Shown: positions 29,930-40,604 of the stretch, one piece after another
Position numbering within the stretch: position 1 is the first letter of the stretch
Layout: every line of letters starts with the position of its first letter
Assembly (NCBI GenBank): GCA_964344485.1
Contig: CAYFNF010000003.1
Location: 148,467-212,466, forward strand
Length of the DNA: 64,000 nucleotides
Direction: 5' to 3'
Source: an uncultured Gammaproteobacteria bacterium
Lineage (GTDB): Bacteria > Patescibacteriota > Patescibacteriia > UBA9570 > XYC2-FULL-38-9
The notes under the pieces: model-generated
Seen by the model: only the letters and a program-made list of their open reading frames with translations
What the model was told of the DNA's origin: nothing
Databases searched by the model: none
Translations under genes and position numbers: made by a program

Positions 29930-32374
29930 TTAGCTCTTATTCTTCAACTCTTTTTCATGCTGCGCAATCATCACCGAAGTCTTTACAACTGTGTCAGGAT
30001 TCAATGAAATAGAATCAATTCCTTTGTCGACTAAGAACTCTGCGATCTCTGGAAAGTCTGATGGTGCTTGTCCACAGATCCCGATCTTCTTCCCTTCTTC
30101 ATGAGCATAGCGAATCACTCGTTCAAGGATAATCGTAACCGCAAGATTCCGTTCGTCATACAGATGAGCAACTAATCCAGAGTCACGGTCCAACCCAAGC
30201 AGCAGTTGTGTCAGATCATTGGTCCCGATAGAGTATCCATCAAATATCTTTAAGAACTCTTTTGCGAGAATCACATTCGCTGGTATCTCACACATCATGT
30301 AGATCTCTAATCCATTCTCTCCTTGTTTCAGTCCGTTCTCTGCCATGATCTGTACTACCTTCTTCCCTTCCTCTGGTGTACGACAGAACGGGATCATAGC
30401 CTTCATATTCGTGAGCCCCATCTCATTGCGTACTCGTTTAAACGCCTCGCACTCTAACGCAAACGCTTCTTTATACTTCTCGGAGTAGTACCGTGACGCA
30501 CCACGCCATCCGATCATGGGGTTTTCCTCATGTGGCTCAAATTGCTTTCCTCCAATTAAGTTCGCGTACTCATTGGACTTGAAATCAGACATGCGCACGA
30601 TCACATCATGCGGATAAAACGCTGCACAGATCTTTCCCACTCCTTCTGCGAGCTTCTCAACAAAGTATTCGGTCTTGTCTTTATACCCAGCGGTTAATTC
30701 CTCTATCTGTTCCTTTACTTCACTGTCTTCAAGCTCATTAAAACGCAGCAATGCTAATGGATGTATCTTGATATAGTCCAAAATGATCAGTTCTTCACGT
30801 GCGAGTCCTACTCCCTGATTCGGAATTTGCGCAAAGTCGAATACGCGCGACGGGTCCGCTACAATCATCATCATCTGTGTTTCGGGCAGTTCCATACCAG
30901 AGATGTCAGTTTCATCTATACGAAACGGTAATTCGCCTTCATAGATAAACCCTCTCTCACCTTCTGCACACGAGACCGTCACGGTATCACCAGAATGCAA
31001 CGTGGTCGTAGCTTCTCCGGTGCCGACAATAGCCGGAATGCCGAGCTCACGAGAGACAATAGCAGCATGGGATGTTCTGCCTCCGGAGTTAGTTACAATC
31101 CCAGAGGCGATCTTCATAATCGGCTCCCAATCAGGGTCTGTTATTTCAGTCACAAGTATCTGTCCTTTTTGAAATCGGTGGATCTCAGACGCGTTTTTAA
31201 TGACATTTACTTCACCAGTACCGATCTTTGCGCCAACTGCGACTCCTTCCAACAACACCTTGCCCTTCTCTTCTAATACATACTCTCTGATCACATTCTT
31301 GTCTGTTTGTGACTGCACGGTCTCTGGACGCGCTTGCACAATGTATAACTCTCCGGTCCCACCATCTTTGGCCCATTCAATATCCATGGCTTTTTCATAG
31401 TGCTCCTCAATCTGCATGGCCCAGTGTGCGAGTGTAAGAATCTCCTCATTTGTCAGAACGAACTGTTGTTGCTCTTCTTCTGGAACCTGCACTTCTTTGA
31501 CCGCGCCTCCTAATGAGACCTCTGCTTCAGCTGCATAGACCATCTTATACTGCTTGGACCCAAGTTTTTTCTCAATAATCGGAGAGTTGGTAAATGCGAT
31601 CTTGCCCTGCTTCTCTACAGCGCCCTGCTTGAGCGCGGGCTTGAATACAATGAACTCATCTGGGTCAACCTTTCCTTGAACCACCATCTCGCCTAGCCCC
31701 CACGTAGCGTTGATCACCACCGCGTTCTCAAATCCAGACTCGGGGTCAATAGAGAACATCACTCCAGAGCATGCAGTGTCTGATCGCACCATCTTCTGGA
31801 TACCAACCGAAAGTGCAATCGTAAAGTGATCAAAGTTCTTGTCTTCACGGTATGAGATCGCGCGGTTAGTAAACAGTGACGCAATACAGCGCCTAGTGGC
31901 TTCTAGTACTTCGTGTGCTCCTTGTACATGTAAAAAAGTCTCTTGCTGTCCAGCGAATGACGCGTCCGGCAAGTCCTCAGCAGTTGCAGAGGACCGAACC
32001 GCGACATCCACATACTCTTCTCCATCTTTTTTGCTCAGTTCAGCATACGCTTGCTCCACTGCCTGCTCTAACTCATTCGGAAAATCTGCCTTCAAAATCG
32101 TCTCGCGTACTTTATGCCCTCGTTCCGTCAGGTTCTTCATGTCTGTAGTGTCTAAATCCGAAAGAATCTCCTTAATAGTATCTCGAATACCGGCTTGATC
32201 AATAAAGAAATTATACGCGTGCGCGGTCAGAGCAAATCCATTTGGAACTCGAATCCCTTTTTCAGCCAAGTTTTGATACATTTCGCCGAGCGAAGCGTTC
32301 TTACCGCCGACATACGGCACGTCCTCGATGCTTAAGTCGTTGAACCAAAGTATATATTCTTGGTCTTTGCTCAT
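29930..32374 (-). CDS. ppsA: phosphoenolpyruvate synthase (pyruvate, water dikinase)
   Basis: Collinear with E. coli PpsA: VGGKNASLGEM, RSSATAEDLPDASFAGQ, catalytic His region TNSGGRTSHAAIVSRELGIPA, PEP-utilising C-terminal domain; start chosen at MSKDQEY by homology. Confidence 0.85.
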   Translation of the reverse strand: MSKDQEYILWFNDLSIEDVPYVGGKNASLGEMYQNLAEKGIRVPNGFALTAHAYNFFIDQAGIRDTIKEILSDLDTTDMKNLTERGHKVRETILKADFPNELEQAVEQAYAELSKKDGEEYVDVAVRSSATAEDLPDASFAGQQETFLHVQGAHEVLEATRRCIASLFTNRAISYREDKNFDHFTIALSVGIQKMVRSDTACSGVMFSIDPESGFENAVVINATWGLGEMVVQGKVDPDEFIVFKPALKQGAVEKQGKIAFTNSPIIEKKLGSKQYKMVYAAEAEVSLGGAVKEVQVPEEEQQQFVLTNEEILTLAHWAMQIEEHYEKAMDIEWAKDGGTGELYIVQARPETVQSQTDKNVIREYVLEEKGKVLLEGVAVGAKIGTGEVNVIKNASEIHRFQKGQILVTEITDPDWEPIMKIASGIVTNSGGRTSHAAIVSRELGIPAIVGTGEATTTLHSGDTVTVSCAEGERGFIYEGELPFRIDETDISGMELPETQMMMIVADPSRVFDFAQIPNQGVGLAREELIILDYIKIHPLALLRFNELEDSEVKEQIEELTAGYKDKTEYFVEKLAEGVGKICAAFYPHDVIVRMSDFKSNEYANLIGGKQFEPHEENPMIGWRGASRYYSEKYKEAFALECEAFKRVRNEMGLTNMKAMIPFCRTPEEGKKVVQIMAENGLKQGENGLEIYMMCEIPANVILAKEFLKIFDGYSIGTNDLTQLLLGLDRDSGLVAHLYDERNLAVTIILERVIRYAHEEGKKIGICGQAPSDFPEIAEFLVDKGIDSISLNPDTVVKTSVMIAQHEKELKNKS

Positions 32375-32447
32375 AGGGGTGTGTTTATATGAAAAATGTG
32401 GCGGTTGCCACATACTAGAGTATCATATTTCGAACGATCTATAAACT

Positions 32448-33866
32448 TTAAATTTCGACTGCTTCTGCCAGTGCCAGGTCCCGTTTAATGAATCCGCTGA
32501 CAGTAACAATATAATCGCCTTTTTTTGCCATCTTTGCTTTCACGATCTCTCGGCGGGCTTTTTGGATAAAGTCTTTTCGGTCTTTAGGTCTGTTGATTTT
32601 GATTCCTTTACACCCCCAGATAAGTGCGAGCTGTCGAAGCACTTGATCGTCATCCGTGAACACCACAATCTCTGCTTTTTGCGGCCGCAGTTGTGAAATC
32701 ATGGTAGCGGTATGTCCGGTTCTACTGAGAATAGCGATTGCTTTTGCGCCGATAGCTTCAGCTAGATGCACAGTAGAGTGCGCGACTCCAATGGCTTTCG
32801 TTTTCTTGCGTCTGTCAAAGATATCATCAGAAAGATCATCAAATGCAGACTGTTCGATCTTGCGTGCAATACTGGACATGGTGCGTACTGCTTGTACCGG
32901 GAACTTCCCAGTCGCGGATTCTGCGGAGAGCATGATGGCATCGGTATGGTCGATAATTGCGTTTGCCACATCAGCTGCTTCAGCACGGGTCGGTCGAGGG
33001 TTTCTGGTCATAGACTCTAGCATCTGCGTTGCTACAATTACTGGCTTTCCTTCGGTAAGTGCTTTTGCCACCATCTTTTTCTGCAGTAGTGGAATCTCTG
33101 CTGGACCGAGCTCTACACCTAAGTCACCGCGCGCTACCATAATACCGTCCACTGCTTTTAATATCTTATCATAGTTCTTCACTGCTTCCGCGCGTTCGAT
33201 TTTTGCAATGATCTTAATTGGCCGTGACTTTGGAATGAGCTTTCGCAGCTGCTTAATGTCTTTGTCGTCTTTGACAAAAGAGAGTGCAACGTAGTCCACT
33301 CCTTGCTTAATGCCAAACTTGAGATCTTTCTTGTCTTTTGCAGTAATCACATCTGCCTCAATAGTAACACCTGGAGCGTTCACTCCCTTATGGGAGTACA
33401 CAGTCTCGCCTTGTACCACGCGGCAGAAGATCTTTTTATCCGTAATCTTCTGAATCTTCAAATCAATAATACCGTCTTGGATATAGATGTGTCCGCCTGG
33501 CTTTACAAACTGATAGAGCTCTTCGTATTGGATTGGTATTGGAATACGACCTAGCTCCTCGTGCTGCTCAAACTCTTGTTGAGAGAGAAGGATAACGTAG
33601 TCTCCATTGCGGATTTCAATACCTTCGGGCGGTACATCTCCAGTGCGAATACGTGGCCCTTGCAGGTCTTGAAGTAGTGCAATCGGTTCTTTCTCTTCTT
33701 TTGCTGCAGTACGTATGGTTTTTATTAGTTTGGCGTGGTCTTCATAGCTCCCATGAGAGAAATTCAAGCGCGCGACGTTCATTCCAGCCGAGATCATTTT
33801 GCGCAACTGTGTTTTCGAATCAGAGGATGGACCGATGGTACAGACAATTTTTGTATTCTTCTTCAT
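32448..33866 (-). CDS. pyk: pyruvate kinase
   Basis: KIVCTIGP, MVARGDLG, typical barrel + C-terminal regulatory domain; 472 aa. Confidence 0.9.
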   Translation of the reverse strand: MKKNTKIVCTIGPSSDSKTQLRKMISAGMNVARLNFSHGSYEDHAKLIKTIRTAAKEEKEPIALLQDLQGPRIRTGDVPPEGIEIRNGDYVILLSQQEFEQHEELGRIPIPIQYEELYQFVKPGGHIYIQDGIIDLKIQKITDKKIFCRVVQGETVYSHKGVNAPGVTIEADVITAKDKKDLKFGIKQGVDYVALSFVKDDKDIKQLRKLIPKSRPIKIIAKIERAEAVKNYDKILKAVDGIMVARGDLGVELGPAEIPLLQKKMVAKALTEGKPVIVATQMLESMTRNPRPTRAEAADVANAIIDHTDAIMLSAESATGKFPVQAVRTMSSIARKIEQSAFDDLSDDIFDRRKKTKAIGVAHSTVHLAEAIGAKAIAILSRTGHTATMISQLRPQKAEIVVFTDDDQVLRQLALIWGCKGIKINRPKDRKDFIQKARREIVKAKMAKKGDYIVTVSGFIKRDLALAEAVEI

Positions 33867-33878
33867 GTACGTATTATA

Positions 33879-34313
33879 TCATATTGAACAATAAAAAAAA
33901 GCTGCTGTTGCAGGTACTGACCAGGCTGCGGCTACGCGGGTGAGTGCGAGTCTGTCACGTCGCAGAACTCGTTCCGGTACCTCCAGGGCAGTGAGCTGCC
34001 CCGCGGTGTAGCGCTGCCAGATGATGAGCTGATCCAGGTGCGTTCCCGGGATGCTGCTGAGCGCAGCGTTGGTGCGGCGCACAGCCGTGAGCACGGTCAT
34101 GGGAGGTGCACCGTTGGCAGATGCCTCGGTTCCGCTGGCCACGTAGATGCGGCCCTCTCCACGTACCTCGTCCAGCTCCTCGCTGGTGAAGCCCCCGCCC
34201 AGTGAATCGGGCTTGAAGACCTGGAGGCTCCCGATCTCCACCACCAGCCTGAGCGCGGTCTCGCTGGCGTACAGCACGTGCGTCGGCGTTCCAGAAGTTG
34301 TGTTGCAGTTCAT
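33879..34313 (-). CDS. hypothetical protein (about 144 aa) in GC-rich island
   Basis: High-GC CDS with GGAG RBS upstream of MNCNTTSG start; no motif recognised; boundaries tentative. Confidence 0.35.
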   Translation of the reverse strand: MNCNTTSGTPTHVLYASETALRLVVEIGSLQVFKPDSLGGGFTSEELDEVRGEGRIYVASGTEASANGAPPMTVLTAVRRTNAALSSIPGTHLDQLIIWQRYTAGQLTALEVPERVLRRDRLALTRVAAAWSVPATAAFFYCSI

Positions 34314-34523
34314 ACGTTCGCTCCAGCACTGTCCTTTCAATGCAGCTATGGGTGTTCCCACCAACAGGGTATACCATAGCAGGAATAAATATGCAAACCA
34401 CTCTCATACGTCACACTATATAAGACATGATATGAAAACTGCTTGACTGTAACACCAAAACTACCTATTATCAGGGACGGAATAGTCTTTGTCGCCGTAT
34501 GAACCTGTTGGAATGGAGGTGTT

Positions 34524-34856
34524 TTGAGCGCCGCAGCCCACGACCGAGACTTCCCGCGTACGCGAGGTGAACCCGTCGAGACCGATGACGATGTCCGTGT
34601 CGCACTGCAACGACTCGAAGCCATCCCCGCACTGGAAGGTGCAGTGGCAACGATCGTGGCCTGGTGCTTCGTGGCCTTCGCGGTCAAGGAAGGATGGTGG
34701 CACGCCATCCTGATCTTCACCCTCGTGGGATGCGTGATCGCGTCTCTGGCGTGTATCGTCCACCGGGCCGACCTGAACCGGAAGTACATCCGGTCGTTCC
34801 TGTTCTTCTTCCTGGTCTGGCCACTGGTGATGACGGTCAAGGTCAAGAGCTTCTGA
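34524..34856 (+). CDS. small two-TM membrane protein (110 aa), GC-rich, TTG start
   Basis: GGAGG 4 nt upstream of TTG; upstream TTGACT-17-TATTAT promoter at about 34443-34471; two hydrophobic helices. Confidence 0.4.
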   Translation: MSAAAHDRDFPRTRGEPVETDDDVRVALQRLEAIPALEGAVATIVAWCFVAFAVKEGWWHAILIFTLVGCVIASLACIVHRADLNRKYIRSFLFFFLVWPLVMTVKVKSF

Positions 34857-34989
34857 TCACGGTACGCGGTTTTTTTATACTATTGCATTTTTTCGCGTTA
34901 ATCGCGTTTATTTCTATAAACAGCACTTGATTTTTTCATTTCTCTCTGTATACTAGGGGCGCACCTTTTTACTGCGAGGGGAGATAGGA

Positions 34990-35340
34990 GTGCACCCAGA
35001 GGAGCGGGAAGCCGCTCAGGCCCAATTCAGCATCGAATCATCGCGACAGCATGCCATCATGGCGATCGCGGTGCTGGGAAGCATCGCCTTTCACGGCGTC
35101 TTCCTGCCGGTTGTCTGGATCTTCTTCGGAATGTTCATTGCAGTTGGAGCAGACATCGCCCTGTGCATTCTGGCCGCCCTGGTGTGCCAGAACTGCGTCA
35201 AGGTCGTCCGCATACCTCGTCATGCGGGCATACTGCTCACGCTGTCGTACTTCCCGGAGTTCCTGGTCTGGGCTGCAATGTGGCCGATGATGGTCACTGC
35301 TGCGAAGATCCACTTCAGTCGAATGTCACCTCCCCCTTGA
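34990..35340 (+). CDS. small polytopic membrane protein (116 aa), GC-rich, GTG start
   Basis: Purine-rich RBS, upstream TTGATT-16-TATACT promoter at about 34927-34954; 3 hydrophobic segments. Confidence 0.4.
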   Translation: MHPEEREAAQAQFSIESSRQHAIMAIAVLGSIAFHGVFLPVVWIFFGMFIAVGADIALCILAALVCQNCVKVVRIPRHAGILLTLSYFPEFLVWAAMWPMMVTAAKIHFSRMSPPP

Positions 35341-35421
35341 GGCGACACGCAGCAACTTTTTCTACAACAACGCCCGGTATAACACCGGGCTTTTATAGTT
35401 GTGTTTTACTGCTATTCAGCG

Positions 35422-35985
35422 TTACGCTGTCGCACGTTCTACATACTCTCCAGTCTCTGTATTTATACGTACTTTATCGCCTTTATTAATGAAGAGCGGA
35501 ACGGAGAGTTCGTAGTCTGTCTCTACTTTTACCTTTTTTGTGACGTTTGATGCTGAGTCTCCTTTAATGCCTGGAGGTGATTGCACCACTTCCAGAACTA
35601 CTTTTGGAGGAAGAGAGATGCTCACTGGCTTCTCTTCATAGTACATCACGTCTACATCTTCGCCTTCTTTCACGAAGTTCACGTTGTCGCCTACTGCATC
35701 GTTATCAAGAGTGAACTGTTCATACGTTTCATTATCCATGAACGTTAAGCCGTCCTCGTCCTTGTATTGATAGTTAGCTTTCTTGTTCTGTAGATGCGCT
35801 GGTTCAATAGAGTCACTCTGCTGGAATGTATTGTCCAATACTTGTCCGGAGATCAGATTCTTCATCTTTACACGCAACACTGCAGCGCTTCGTGCTTGCT
35901 TTGAGTGCTCAGCTTTGACTACTTGGTACGGTGCTCCCTCATACGAAATAACCTTCCCTACTTTAATGTCGGATATTGATAGCAT
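35422..35985 (-). CDS. efp: elongation factor P
   Basis: 187 aa, KVG.VI...G.PY.VV...H.K..(R/K)..A....K.KNL..G; conserved length. Confidence 0.9.
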   Translation of the reverse strand: MLSISDIKVGKVISYEGAPYQVVKAEHSKQARSAAVLRVKMKNLISGQVLDNTFQQSDSIEPAHLQNKKANYQYKDEDGLTFMDNETYEQFTLDNDAVGDNVNFVKEGEDVDVMYYEEKPVSISLPPKVVLEVVQSPPGIKGDSASNVTKKVKVETDYELSVPLFINKGDKVRINTETGEYVERATA

Positions 35986-35995
35986 ATCTCTTGAA

Positions 35996-36235
35996 TTACT
36001 TCTGTTCGTTTGTATACGGAATCAGTGCCATGTATCGTGCTCGCTTTACTGATTTTGCGAGTTGACGTTGGTGCTTAGCACATGCTCCCATTCTCTTTCT
36101 TGGAAGGATCTTCTGATAGTTCGATGTGAACTTCTGAAGAACATTGATATTCTTGTAGTCGATCTCTGGAATGTTATTTACGCAGAAAAAGCAGAAGCGT
36201 TCTTGTTTTTGGTCTCGTTTTTTATGTGGTCTCAT
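35996..36235 (-). CDS. rpsR: 30S ribosomal protein S18
   Basis: CFFC...IDYKN...L.KF.S...KILPRKR.G.CAKHQR.LA..VKRAR..ALIPY. Confidence 0.9.
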   Translation of the reverse strand: MRPHKKRDQKQERFCFFCVNNIPEIDYKNINVLQKFTSNYQKILPRKRMGACAKHQRQLAKSVKRARYMALIPYTNEQK

Positions 36236-36247
36236 AGTCTGTCTTGA

Positions 36248-36700
36248 TTAAAAAGGAATATCTTCTACTGAGATGGTCTCTTCATCGCTTGCTGGTTCTG
36301 GTGGTGGGGGTGTCTGTCCGTCATCCTGCTCTTTTGCTGGTGCATCTGAAGCAGCTGCTGGAGCAGCATCTCCCTTGCTTCCTAGCATGATCATATTATC
36401 AGCCACAATCTCAGTACGGTATCGCTTAGTGCCAGATTGGTCGTCCCATGATCTGGTCTGCAGATGTCCTTCAAGATAAATTTGACGCCCCTTCTTTAGG
36501 TACTGCGCGCAGATCTCAGCAAGTCGTCTCCAGGCAACGATATTATGAAACTCAGTTTTTGATTGCATCTCTCCGCTCTTGTCTTTCCATTGTCGGTTGG
36601 TGGCAAGTGAGAATGTGGTGACTGTTTGACCAGAAGGAATGGTTCGTGATTCTGGATCTCGGGTGAGTCTCCCGATGATCATTACTTTGTTTAAATCCAT
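36248..36700 (-). CDS. ssb: single-stranded DNA-binding protein
   Basis: OB-fold N-terminus ([15 protein letters not shown]...G..V..FSLA), C-terminal acidic tail ending DIPF; start at MDLNK avoids overlap with rpsF. Confidence 0.85.
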   Translation of the reverse strand: MDLNKVMIIGRLTRDPESRTIPSGQTVTTFSLATNRQWKDKSGEMQSKTEFHNIVAWRRLAEICAQYLKKGRQIYLEGHLQTRSWDDQSGTKRYRTEIVADNMIMLGSKGDAAPAAASDAPAKEQDDGQTPPPPEPASDEETISVEDIPF

Positions 36701-36710
36701 ACGTGTGTAA

Positions 36711-37376
36711 TTAAATGTCAAAGTCGTTACTTAGTAGTTTGTCGATCTCATCATCCAGATCCTCAATAGATCGAGTCTCTTTTGGTTTCTCCTCTGTTGC
36801 TGTGTCTTTCACTGGCACAGCTTTCTTTACCTTCTTCTCTGGTGCGCTCTTGGTGGTAGTGGTTGCAGTTGCAACGGTCTTTGCGGCCGGCTTCTTTGTT
36901 GCTGCTTTCTTCTCCTCTTCTTCCGCACGTTGTTCTTCTTGCGCTTTCATATATCGCTCTTGTTTACGTGCATCGATCTTCTTTTGAATGCGCTCTTCCT
37001 CTGCGAGTTCTTCAGCTGTCTTCTCCCGCTTCTTGATAATGAGAAAGCGAGTCACCTTCTTATGAATACGAAGCTTCTCTTGCAATAGAGCAAGTTGTGA
37101 CTTCAAGAGATTAAACTCTGCCACGAAGTAGACACCACTACGTGAACCTTCTACCGTGTATGCGAGTGTACGGCTTCCAAGTGATTCGTCGAGTGTGATC
37201 TCTCCGTTAAAAGAAGTAATTGCGGATTTCACTTCTTCAAATACTGGCTCAGCTTGATCAGCGGTGAGCCCGCCCCCAACTAGCACCAATATTTCGTAGT
37301 GCTCCTTGAGCTCTTCTTTTTTCGGGAAGTCAAAAACCTCCCCCTGTTGCTCTTGCGCAACGTCTTGGTCTTGCAT
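36711..37376 (-). CDS. rpsF: 30S ribosomal protein S6 with Lys/Glu-rich C-terminal extension
   Basis: YEILVLV......A....E.V...I...G.I......G.R.LAY.V......G.Y; rpsF-ssb-rpsR synteny. Confidence 0.85.
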   Translation of the reverse strand: MQDQDVAQEQQGEVFDFPKKEELKEHYEILVLVGGGLTADQAEPVFEEVKSAITSFNGEITLDESLGSRTLAYTVEGSRSGVYFVAEFNLLKSQLALLQEKLRIHKKVTRFLIIKKREKTAEELAEEERIQKKIDARKQERYMKAQEEQRAEEEEKKAATKKPAAKTVATATTTTKSAPEKKVKKAVPVKDTATEEKPKETRSIEDLDDEIDKLLSNDFDI

Positions 37377-37560
37377 ATGTTGTTGAATTTACGATACTGT
37401 TTCGCTCACCATCATCCATGGTTGATACCAGTGGGCGATGAGCATGGGCCGCTTATACCAAATCTTCTATTCGGCACGACAAGCGGGAAACAATATGCTA
37501 TTGATTAAGCCTCAGGAGATTACCATGTGAGGGGCGATGTGTCAAGAAATGACAGGCAGT

Positions 37561-37583
37561 GAAAAAAACGCTAATATTAGCGC
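37561..37583 (-). terminator. intrinsic terminator (palindrome CGCTAATATTAGCG + U7) after large surface-protein gene
   Basis: Perfect 14-nt palindrome followed by seven T on the minus strand, about 20 nt below the stop codon. Confidence 0.5.
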
Positions 37584-37601
37584 TTTAATTAAGTTTTTTC
37601 G

Positions 37602-40544
37602 TTACCAATCACACGTGGACAACGTTGCGGTTGCCTGTAAATTACCCGACGAATCAATATAGATACAGTGTAATTGACTGTCTTGCCCGTATATATACAA
37701 CCCTCTGCTCACATGAGTAGCATCATGCCCGAATCCTGATCCAGTTGCTCGTCTCGTCAACTCTCCGCCAATATGCATGGTCCACATATACGTAGCATCA
37801 AATACTATGCCCCCTGGAATCTGGCCAGGAATCATACCAATGCCTTTAGCGGTTTCTTTCGAAATATCAAATATTGCCGTACCGTACCCTCCGGCTCCGC
37901 CACCACCTGCAAAAATAATCCAGATGTTAGCTCCATCAAACGCGACATCTACTGGCTTAGTTAGTCCTGTTGATGCGAGACTAAAGGTTCGGAAGTTGTT
38001 GGTCTTAGTATGCAGTTGAATTAATTCATTATTTGCTGCACTAGCAATCCAGAGATACTGTCCGTCATACGCCATCCGTTCTAACGACCCAGCTTCAAAC
38101 CCTGATATGACTGTATCCACTGCCATGGTGTCAATATTAATCTTAATCACCTGACCATTCGGTTTATCAATAGCCCAAATAAAACCATTAGCAAAGATCA
38201 TATCGATAATACGACCAAACCCACCTGCGACCACTTGAAAATTACTACCACCCCAATTCACATACCCAATCTGGCCCGCAACATTCCCTGCCCATATGCG
38301 AGCGTATTGATCATGTGTGGAACTCACTGGCTGCCCAAGTCCAGAAATAGTCGTCGTTGTTGCCGTATCATCTCGTAGTTGCACTTTTTTAATCTGATTG
38401 CTTGAACACAATATATAGATAGTTTCATCACGCAGCACCATGGTACGACAAGTGATCTCAGTAAAGTCATAATCCAATACTTTTCTCTTATCCACTGCGT
38501 TGTATCGATAGAGCCAGTCACCGGTAAGCACCCATACATCAGATCCATCAAACAACATGTCATCTACATTATTAGAAGTTCCTAGGCTCGTATTTCCTGC
38601 ATCCACATATGCATTCTGGTAGATACCGTCCCCGGAGTTTTCATTTGGATAGAACTGCCCGCCGATGAACTCTGCCTCACCTATAACCATGCCGGTATTT
38701 GCATGTAGTGCTAAGCCGAATTCATCCACTTTAATAATGACTCCTGATCCTTTATTCGACATATCCACCTGTATACCAGTTGCTGTCTCACCGCCTGCTT
38801 CGACACGTATACCGTATTTATCCGTTGTTGATGTTGTTGTATGAGTGTTTTGCGCGAGAAGTGCTGTAGAATTAGACCCATCAGACGTAAACCACCCACC
38901 GTATCCAGCAGTAGCAAACGTGGATGTGCCTACGACTCCGGCCCCTCCGCTTCCTGTCGAGGATCCAAATACCGCGTGTTCATTCACACTGATAGCATGA
39001 ACTGCTGTGTTATCAGTGGAATAGCCGAACACACCATGCTCGGTGTCACCGGTACCGATTACTGCTGATCCGTCAGCCACAATTGCCGTGACTGTTGCTG
39101 GGTCGATGTTATGAACGGTTGAAACTATACCGTAGCCTGGGCTTGAAGTGCTCACTGCTGTATTCTTCACTGTCAACACAATATCATTCTGCAACTGATC
39201 TTCCATATAGACCTTTGCAGTAAAATTTCCTGAGTAGGTTGGCCCACCAAGATACGCACAATTCGATGTCTGGTTACACATCACACCTCCATAATACGTC
39301 GTAGCATCCGCGGAGTTTGCGTATAACCCGTAATTTAACTCACTATGTGCAACAACTCCCATGTCTGAATTACCAGCACCATATACTCCTGCCCCACCTG
39401 CGGTGGATTCAGCATACCCAACCACACCGTAGGTTGAATCACTTAGTCCGAGCACTCCTTCACTTCCAGAGGTCGGGAACGACGCAGCTGGTACAGGTAC
39501 TGAACCCGAAACTGACCCTGAATCTGAACGTAATCCAATACCTCCAGCGGTATTACTGACCAGCACTGAAGCGTCTGGACTAGTTACGGCACTAGAAAAA
39601 GTTCCTGCAGGTCCTGTTCCTGTACTTGATGCTACTCCAGTTGCACCGGTTGTTCCTTTGACATTTACTCCTGTATGCGCTCCATCAACAAACACCTCTA
39701 ATGCATCAGCGACAGTAATAGGCGCAGCGCCGTCACCAATAGCCGCGGGGCCTTGAATAAATGCTGCATGGCTGGGATTTCCTAAGTCTGTATAATGGCC
39801 AGATGTCGTATTTTCTGCGTGCACTGCTACACCAGTATCAGAAGTAGTATACACTCCATCCGCGCCGCTCGTACCAACCGCGTATATACCTTTATAAGAG
39901 CCGTCGACATACACGGATAGACCGTCTGCAGTAGTAATCGGTGTGCTCCCTGAACCTATAGCTCCAGGGCCGCTTAAGTACGCAGCATGCGCAGGTGTAC
40001 TGAGATCGATAGAATATGATGATGTGGTGTTATTTGCAAAGATTGCTGGCGCTGAACCAGAAGCAGTAATTACCGACATGCCTGGACCGGCTCCGTCTTG
40101 TTGAATCTGAACTCCATTCACCCATGAATTCGTCACCACAGCAATGGCATTAGTTCCAGAGTCTTGGTGGTCGATATTTAACGACTCTCCTGAGGTGGTT
40201 ATAATTGCTATCTCCCCGTTGCCTGTACCAATAGATGGATCAATAAATAGATCTACTGCGGTTGCAGCTTGCTGTACAGCCAAGGTATTTTCCAACACCG
40301 TAGTTCCAACCACTGTTAATGAATCACCGAGTGTGAGTGGGCCTGCTTTGGTTTGCGCTGCAGTAGAGAGGTTAATTGGTGCTGAAACATTGCAAGATGC
40401 GTGTGTTGGCCCGTCTACATCAGGGTCACATGTAGGCTGATTCCAGGCTGCACGCGCATAAGGCGCAACAAGAAACATACAGAGAGAAATAACAAAAAAA
40501 CCAGTGAAATACTGCGAAAATCGTGTTATAAACTCTGTTTTCAT
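37602..40544 (-). CDS. large secreted/surface protein (about 980 aa): signal peptide, Gly/Thr/Ala-rich beta-rich N-terminal half, C-terminal probable beta-propeller
   Basis: Signal-like MKTEFITRFSQYFTGFFVISLCMFLVAPYARA; start chosen at 40544 because a TTGACG-18-TATAAT promoter for the divergent gene lies at 40547-40576. Confidence 0.55.
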   Translation of the reverse strand: MKTEFITRFSQYFTGFFVISLCMFLVAPYARAAWNQPTCDPDVDGPTHASCNVSAPINLSTAAQTKAGPLTLGDSLTVVGTTVLENTLAVQQAATAVDLFIDPSIGTGNGEIAIITTSGESLNIDHQDSGTNAIAVVTNSWVNGVQIQQDGAGPGMSVITASGSAPAIFANNTTSSYSIDLSTPAHAAYLSGPGAIGSGSTPITTADGLSVYVDGSYKGIYAVGTSGADGVYTTSDTGVAVHAENTTSGHYTDLGNPSHAAFIQGPAAIGDGAAPITVADALEVFVDGAHTGVNVKGTTGATGVASSTGTGPAGTFSSAVTSPDASVLVSNTAGGIGLRSDSGSVSGSVPVPAASFPTSGSEGVLGLSDSTYGVVGYAESTAGGAGVYGAGNSDMGVVAHSELNYGLYANSADATTYYGGVMCNQTSNCAYLGGPTYSGNFTAKVYMEDQLQNDIVLTVKNTAVSTSSPGYGIVSTVHNIDPATVTAIVADGSAVIGTGDTEHGVFGYSTDNTAVHAISVNEHAVFGSSTGSGGAGVVGTSTFATAGYGGWFTSDGSNSTALLAQNTHTTTSTTDKYGIRVEAGGETATGIQVDMSNKGSGVIIKVDEFGLALHANTGMVIGEAEFIGGQFYPNENSGDGIYQNAYVDAGNTSLGTSNNVDDMLFDGSDVWVLTGDWLYRYNAVDKRKVLDYDFTEITCRTMVLRDETIYILCSSNQIKKVQLRDDTATTTTISGLGQPVSSTHDQYARIWAGNVAGQIGYVNWGGSNFQVVAGGFGRIIDMIFANGFIWAIDKPNGQVIKINIDTMAVDTVISGFEAGSLERMAYDGQYLWIASAANNELIQLHTKTNNFRTFSLASTGLTKPVDVAFDGANIWIIFAGGGGAGGYGTAIFDISKETAKGIGMIPGQIPGGIVFDATYMWTMHIGGELTRRATGSGFGHDATHVSRGLYIYGQDSQLHCIYIDSSGNLQATATLSTCDW

Positions 40545-40546
40545 TT

Positions 40547-40576
40547 CGTTGACGGTTAGGCCATTTTTAGTATATA
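40547..40576 (+). promoter_or_regulatory. sigma-70-like promoter for 40605 gene (TTGACG, 18 bp, TATAAT)
   Basis: Consensus-like hexamers 28 nt upstream of ATG in divergent intergenic region. Confidence 0.4.
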
Positions 40577-40604
40577 ATATCAACACATTCATCGCAATAG
40601 CACT

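Noticed and set aside
33955-34846. ORFs 33955..34407 and 34346..34846 on minus strand
   Set aside because: Overlap better-supported GC-rich genes in alternative frames; Arg/Gly/His-rich artefact composition.
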